From assembly GCA_965200315.1 (NCBI GenBank), contig OZ241362.1, positions 2,112,001 through 2,176,000 on the forward strand: a stretch of DNA of 64,000 nucleotides, read 5' to 3'. This stretch comes from Candidatus Latescibacterota bacterium (GTDB lineage Bacteria > Latescibacterota > UBA2968 > UBA8231). The position numbers and the translations under genes are program-made. This document shows positions 59,698 through 64,000 of this stretch, one piece after another. Numbering within the stretch: position 1 is the first letter of the stretch; each line of letters opens with the position of its first letter. The notes under the pieces are model-generated. The model searched no databases. It had not been told where the DNA came from and saw only the letters and a program-made list of their open reading frames with translations.

Positions 59698-60057
59698 TCA
59701 AGAAGAATTACGCTTTGGTTTTGGAAACAGATAATTTACTATAATGGCGAGCAATCCAATGACTTTGACGGTCGTACCTGTAATTAAAGCAATAAGCACT
59801 CCATCCGGGAGGGTAAAATCGCCTACGTTGAATCCATGAAAAAAGAGAATTGTGGATAGTATCACGAGCCAGCCGAGAACGAGTAAGTATATTAAATATC
59901 CGTATTTCTTGCGATTTTCTATATTTTGCTCATCGCTTCGATTATTCAATTTTATACGTTCAAGTTCAGCCTCGGCAATCTGTTGTTTGATGTTATCCTC
60001 GCCTACGCTCTCTCACGGAGGGATACGCTTTAATTTATTTTCTTCCTCGTCTGTCAT
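59698..60057 (-). pseudogene. 2-TM putative toxin partner of the Panacea protein, in-frame TGA at codon 15
   Basis: ATGA-coupled start; 'MTDEEENKLKRIPP*ESVGEDNIK…' continues in frame; low GC. Confidence 0.6.
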
Positions 60058-60554
60058 AGAAGGCGATCCTTATAGTATTTTTCTATAAGAGCATTATCTA
60101 TATTAGCATTTTTTATTGGCCCCACCTTTTCGCGTATTTGACTCCAAGGGCTACCTTCTTCATGCGTCGTAGCAGATAGCTCACCGGCACTAAAGTGACC
60201 ATATAGCTCCCATATCCGGTTGAGAAAAGCAATGGTACGCTTATCATCAGGTTTGATGCGGGGTACGTGGCTACCCCATTCTTCAAGAAAAGAATTGTAA
60301 GTCCACGCTAATGCCAGTTCAAGGATCGGTCCTGAACCAAACTGCTTGAATTCGTGGTAGATAAAGGGAAAGACCGGTCCATATTCCCATGCTTCAGCCA
60401 ACTCATCTTGGACAAGGGGTTCCTCATAAAGGGCCAAATGCCAACCATGAGCAATATAGACCAACTTTTGAATCTTTAACGGCGAAATATCTTTTTTGGC
60501 CGACAATTCAAGGAAGTAGTTGGCGATCTCCTTTGCTGAGTATGAGTATTCCAT
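60054..60554 (-). CDS. Panacea (DUF4065/SocA/GepA-like) antitoxin
   Basis: 'IANYFL', 'LKIQKLVY', 'EAWEYGPV', 'LS..TH..GSPW'. Confidence 0.92.
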   Translation of the reverse strand: MEYSYSAKEIANYFLELSAKKDISPLKIQKLVYIAHGWHLALYEEPLVQDELAEAWEYGPVFPFIYHEFKQFGSGPILELALAWTYNSFLEEWGSHVPRIKPDDKRTIAFLNRIWELYGHFSAGELSATTHEEGSPWSQIREKVGPIKNANIDNALIEKYYKDRLL

Positions 60555-60746
60555 GTCCTTTCTCCTGTTCAAAGGATTATATACTGAACAAATGAATACC
60601 TTTTAACCGCGTCAATACGTTTCGTTCGTATGTATCTATTTTGCATATATGTCTATAAATGATTAGCTACATTCGGAAACGCAAATCGATAGAATTCTGT
60701 CCCCGGATAATATCCTTTTTGCTTTGTTCACTCGGGTTACAGTTCC

Positions 60747-60789
60747 CCAAAAGAGGCCGATGCTCCTTTTTGGAGGGCCGCCTCTTTTG
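60747..60789. terminator. Inverted repeat, probable terminator after moaD-like gene
   Basis: caaaagaggc…gcctcttttg. Confidence 0.55.
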
Positions 60790-60796
60790 CTTAAGG

Positions 60797-61066
60797 CTAA
60801 CTCGCGCCCCCCGATATGGCGGGCAGGAAATGGACCTCACTTTGCGGCCCCACCTTGGCCCTAAGCCCGGCGGAGACCACTTCGCCATCCACCGCGACGG
60901 CAATCTCGGTCTTGATGCGGTCGCCATCGAGAACCCGCTCCTTGAAGCCAGGGTAGCGGGCGTCGAGCGCGGCCACGACCTCGCGCACGGTCGCGCCCTC
61001 CACCTCTACTTGCTGCTGGCCAGCAGTCAGCTTCTGCATCAGCGAGGGAATCCAAGCTACAGGCAT
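60797..61066 (-). CDS. MoaD/ThiS-family sulfur carrier
   Basis: 'EGATVREVV..LD..YPG', 'V.FLPAISGG'. Confidence 0.9.
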   Translation of the reverse strand: MPVAWIPSLMQKLTAGQQQVEVEGATVREVVAALDARYPGFKERVLDGDRIKTEIAVAVDGEVVSAGLRAKVGPQSEVHFLPAISGGAS

Positions 61067-61072
61067 AATGGG

Positions 61073-63355
61073 CTAACCACCGGCAGCCTGTGCAGCCCGT
61101 TCCTCGTGCGCCTGCAACGCGGCGACAATGCGGCTGGGCTTCATGGGCAATTCCTGCGGACGTACGCCAACGGCATCCTCAATGGCCGCAGCTACAGCCG
61201 CGGGCGGCGGGGCGATGTTGGCCTCGCCAACGCCGCGCACACCATAGGGATGGCCTGGGTTGGGAACCTCGACGATGATGGTCTCAATCATCGGCAGATC
61301 GAGGCTAGTCGGAATCCGGTAGTCGAGAAAGCTGGAGTTGTCGAGGTGACCGTCTCCACTGTAGAAGTACTCCTCGTTGAGCGCCCAACCAATGCCTTGG
61401 GCCGAGCCGCCCTGCATCTGGCCCTCGACGTACGCCGGGTGAATGGCCCGGCCCGCGTCTTGGACGACTGTGAAGCGCACAATCTCGACCTTGCCGGTCT
61501 CGGGATCGACCTCCACATCGGCGATATTGGCCGCAAAGGAGCCGCCGACGCCCGAGTCTGGATCCACAGAGGCGCGGCCAATGACCGGGCCGCCGGTCTC
61601 TTCGAGGCGGCCAGCTAGTTCCTTAAAGGTCAGCGCGTTATCGCCGGAACGGAAGACGCCGTCGTCAAACTCGACTTGGCTTACTTCGACCTCCCAGAGC
61701 TGGGCCGCGCGCTCGCAGAGCTGGTCCCGCACGTCGAGGGCGGCCTTGTACGCGGCCCAGCCCGTGGCATACGTCACGCGGCTGCCGCCGGTTACGTCCG
61801 TGTGGCCAATCGAGTCGGTGTCGGCCACCTGCGGTTTGACGTCTTCGGCCTTAAGGCCCAAAGTTTCGGCAAACTGCATGGCGATCGATGTGCGCGTACC
61901 GCCGATGTCGGTCGAACCCTCGACTAAGCTGACCGTGCCGTCAGAGTTGACGCTGGCCGTGCAGGAGGATTTAAGCCCGACGTTGAACCAATAGCCGACC
62001 GAGATGCCGCGCCCTCCGTTGGGGCCAGCAGGCGCTGGACTCTGGTAGTGCTCCGAGTTGGCGATGGCCTCCAACACCTCCTTGCAGCCCATCTTTGGAT
62101 ACACCACGCCGTCGATACGGCGGGTGCCGGTCGTCGCGGTGTTTTTGAGCCGGAGATCCAGCGACTCCATCCCCAATTCGGCAGCTAGCAGCTCAACCAC
62201 GTGCTCGGTGGCAAAGGCCACCTGCGTCGAACCTGGGGCGCGATAGGCAAAACTCCGCGGCTTGTTGACCACTACGTCATAGCAGTCGATCCGGCCATCG
62301 GGTATGTCGTAGCACGAAAACACGCACATCGCGGCCGCGCCGACCAAGCCGCCGGGATACGCCCCGGACTCAAAGGCGATATAGGCGTCGGCGGCCACGA
62401 TCTTGCCGCTGTTGTCAGCTCCCATCTTGATTTTGATATACGACCCAGGCGTCGGCCCGGTGCTCTCAAAGACGGCTGGCCGGGTCATAATCATTTTGAC
62501 GGGTTGGCCGCTCGCCTTGGAGAGCAGGGCGGCGACCGGCTCCAAGTAAACCGGGATTTTGCCGCCAAAACCGCCGCCAATTTCCTGGGGCACGACCTTG
62601 ATCTTGGAAATGGGTATGTCCAAGACCGCGCCAACTTGGGCGCGTGCGGTGAACGAACCCTGTGTGCTGGTCCAGATCGTCAGTTGGCCATCGGCGTTCC
62701 AGCTCGCCGTGGCGTTATGCGGCTCGATGTATCCTTGATGCACGGTGGCGGTCTGAAACGCGCGCTCCACGACCACGTCGGCCTCGGCAAAAGCCTTATC
62801 CGGGTCGCCGAGCTTGTGCTCGAAGTGGGTGGCGAGGTTGCTCTTGCGACCAGTGTCTTCCCCAAACTCTTGGGTGGTCATGTCGTCGTGGAGCTGGGGT
62901 GCGCCCTCCTGCATGGCCTCGCGTACATCGAGCACGGCCTCTAGGACTTCGTACTCGACCTCGATCAGGTCGAGGGCCTCTTCGGCAATGTGGACGTTGG
63001 TGGCGGCGACCGCGGCGACTGGATGCCCGCTGTACAGGGCCTTATCCGTGGCCAGCACGTTGTCGCGCAGGTATTTGAGCCGGGCCGGGCCTTCGCCGAG
63101 ATCGACTATTTGGTCGCCGGCATCGGGCAGATCCACGCCCGTGAGGACGGCCTTGACCCCGGGCAGGGCCACAGCTTTGGCAGTGTCTATGGACTTGATG
63201 CGCGCATGGGCGTGGGGCGAGCGCAGGACCTGCCCGTAGAGCAAGCCGGCCAACCGGGTGTCGGCACCGTAAATGGCGCGCCCCGTGACTTTGTCGACGC
63301 CGTCGTGGCGGATGGGACGGGTGCCGATGACTTTGTAGCCGTTAGTGGCAGACAT
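61073..63355 (-). CDS. Xanthine dehydrogenase-family molybdopterin-binding subunit (CoxL-like)
   Basis: 'KVTGRA.Y', 'GGGFGGK', 'AYRAPG', 'EGQMQGG', 'RGVGE'. Confidence 0.93.
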   Translation of the reverse strand: MSATNGYKVIGTRPIRHDGVDKVTGRAIYGADTRLAGLLYGQVLRSPHAHARIKSIDTAKAVALPGVKAVLTGVDLPDAGDQIVDLGEGPARLKYLRDNVLATDKALYSGHPVAAVAATNVHIAEEALDLIEVEYEVLEAVLDVREAMQEGAPQLHDDMTTQEFGEDTGRKSNLATHFEHKLGDPDKAFAEADVVVERAFQTATVHQGYIEPHNATASWNADGQLTIWTSTQGSFTARAQVGAVLDIPISKIKVVPQEIGGGFGGKIPVYLEPVAALLSKASGQPVKMIMTRPAVFESTGPTPGSYIKIKMGADNSGKIVAADAYIAFESGAYPGGLVGAAAMCVFSCYDIPDGRIDCYDVVVNKPRSFAYRAPGSTQVAFATEHVVELLAAELGMESLDLRLKNTATTGTRRIDGVVYPKMGCKEVLEAIANSEHYQSPAPAGPNGGRGISVGYWFNVGLKSSCTASVNSDGTVSLVEGSTDIGGTRTSIAMQFAETLGLKAEDVKPQVADTDSIGHTDVTGGSRVTYATGWAAYKAALDVRDQLCERAAQLWEVEVSQVEFDDGVFRSGDNALTFKELAGRLEETGGPVIGRASVDPDSGVGGSFAANIADVEVDPETGKVEIVRFTVVQDAGRAIHPAYVEGQMQGGSAQGIGWALNEEYFYSGDGHLDNSSFLDYRIPTSLDLPMIETIIVEVPNPGHPYGVRGVGEANIAPPPAAVAAAIEDAVGVRPQELPMKPSRIVAALQAHEERAAQAAGG

Positions 63356-63375
63356 GGCGTTCCTCCTCGTTGGGT

Positions 63376-63855
63376 TCAGGCGCTTTGGCGCACTTCCTCA
63401 GCCGCGTCGAGGACGGCGCGGACGATCTTGTCGTAGCCCGTGCAGCGGCACAGGTTGCCGGCCAGCCAGTGCCGCACTTCGTGCTCGGAAGGATTGGGGT
63501 TGCGGTCGAGCAGAGCCTTGGAGGCCACCAAAAAGCCCGGGGTGCAGATGCCGCATTGCAGCGCGGCGTGTTCGAGGAACTTCTGCTGCACCGGGTGCAG
63601 GCTATCCGGGCTGGCAAGGCCCTCGACCGTGCCGATCTCCTTGCCCTCGGCCTCAACGGCCAGCATCAGACAAGAATCGACGAGGACGCCGTCGACGGCG
63701 ATGGAACACGCGCCGCAGTTGCCGTCGTTGCAGCCTTCCTTGGTGCCGGTGAAGCCGAGCGTCTCGCGCAATACTTCGAGCAGGCTTTGGCGCGGCTCGC
63801 AGAGAAATTCGGTCGACTCCCCGTTGATTGTGGTTTGGACATGTGTTTTGCTCAT
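63376..63855 (-). CDS. Xanthine dehydrogenase-family [2Fe-2S] subunit (CoxS-like)
   Basis: 'GC..G.CGAC', 'QCGICTPG', 'NLCRCTGY'. Confidence 0.95.
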   Translation of the reverse strand: MSKTHVQTTINGESTEFLCEPRQSLLEVLRETLGFTGTKEGCNDGNCGACSIAVDGVLVDSCLMLAVEAEGKEIGTVEGLASPDSLHPVQQKFLEHAALQCGICTPGFLVASKALLDRNPNPSEHEVRHWLAGNLCRCTGYDKIVRAVLDAAEEVRQSA

Positions 63856-63938
63856 GTACTTAACTCCGAAATTTGGGCCGCTTGTTGCGGCGAGTGAGAC
63901 GCTTCTATCGCCGACCGGATGGTCGGTGCATTTTAACT

Positions 63939-64000
63939 TTAGCCAGCCGCTTCCTGCACGGCGTTGGCGACGAACTGACCGCGGGCCCGAGCCACAGCAC
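63939..64000 (-). CDS. 3' end of the upstream gene (probably the FAD subunit, CoxM-like)
   Basis: 'AVARARGQFVANAVQEAAG*'; call rests on position only. Confidence 0.4.
   Translation of the reverse strand, partial: AVARARGQFVANAVQEAAG

Noticed and set aside
60013-60015. Third selenocysteine codon
   Set aside because: No redox motif, no clear downstream hairpin, foreign low-GC gene

Overview
GC-rich bacterial chromosomal window of about 55 genes. A C-terminal 'SWGALK' tail, sulfatase, PhyH-HEAT fusion and many TA relics suggest a Latescibacterota/Poribacteria-like lineage (inference only). Housekeeping and metabolic genes include a pncA-pncB-aminotransferase-nadE NAD salvage operon, hisI, murB, murD, argC, dut, cysH, glcF, Wza/Wzz and a xanthine-dehydrogenase-family cluster. 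These are interleaved with a decaying defence island (18.7-26.2 kb: NYN, HipA-like kinase/HIRAN, ATPase + DUF3226-like, type I R-M), intact and broken toxin-antitoxin modules, and two MITEs of one family. The best findings are invisible in the ORF track. (1) Two genes have an in-frame UGA at a Cys-equivalent position followed by a SECIS-like hairpin: an ArsC-like UxxC protein after cysH, and a DUF5069-like protein coupled between an atypical kinase and a flavin reductase (candidate new selenoprotein system). (2) Two candidate structured leader RNAs lie upstream of the NAD salvage operon and of a BtrH-like pseudo-peptidase. (3) Three paralogous ABC exporters carry an N-terminal Zn-ribbon extension, and both loci have a DUF1854-like partner. 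Family names come from motif recognition by eye; no searches were run.
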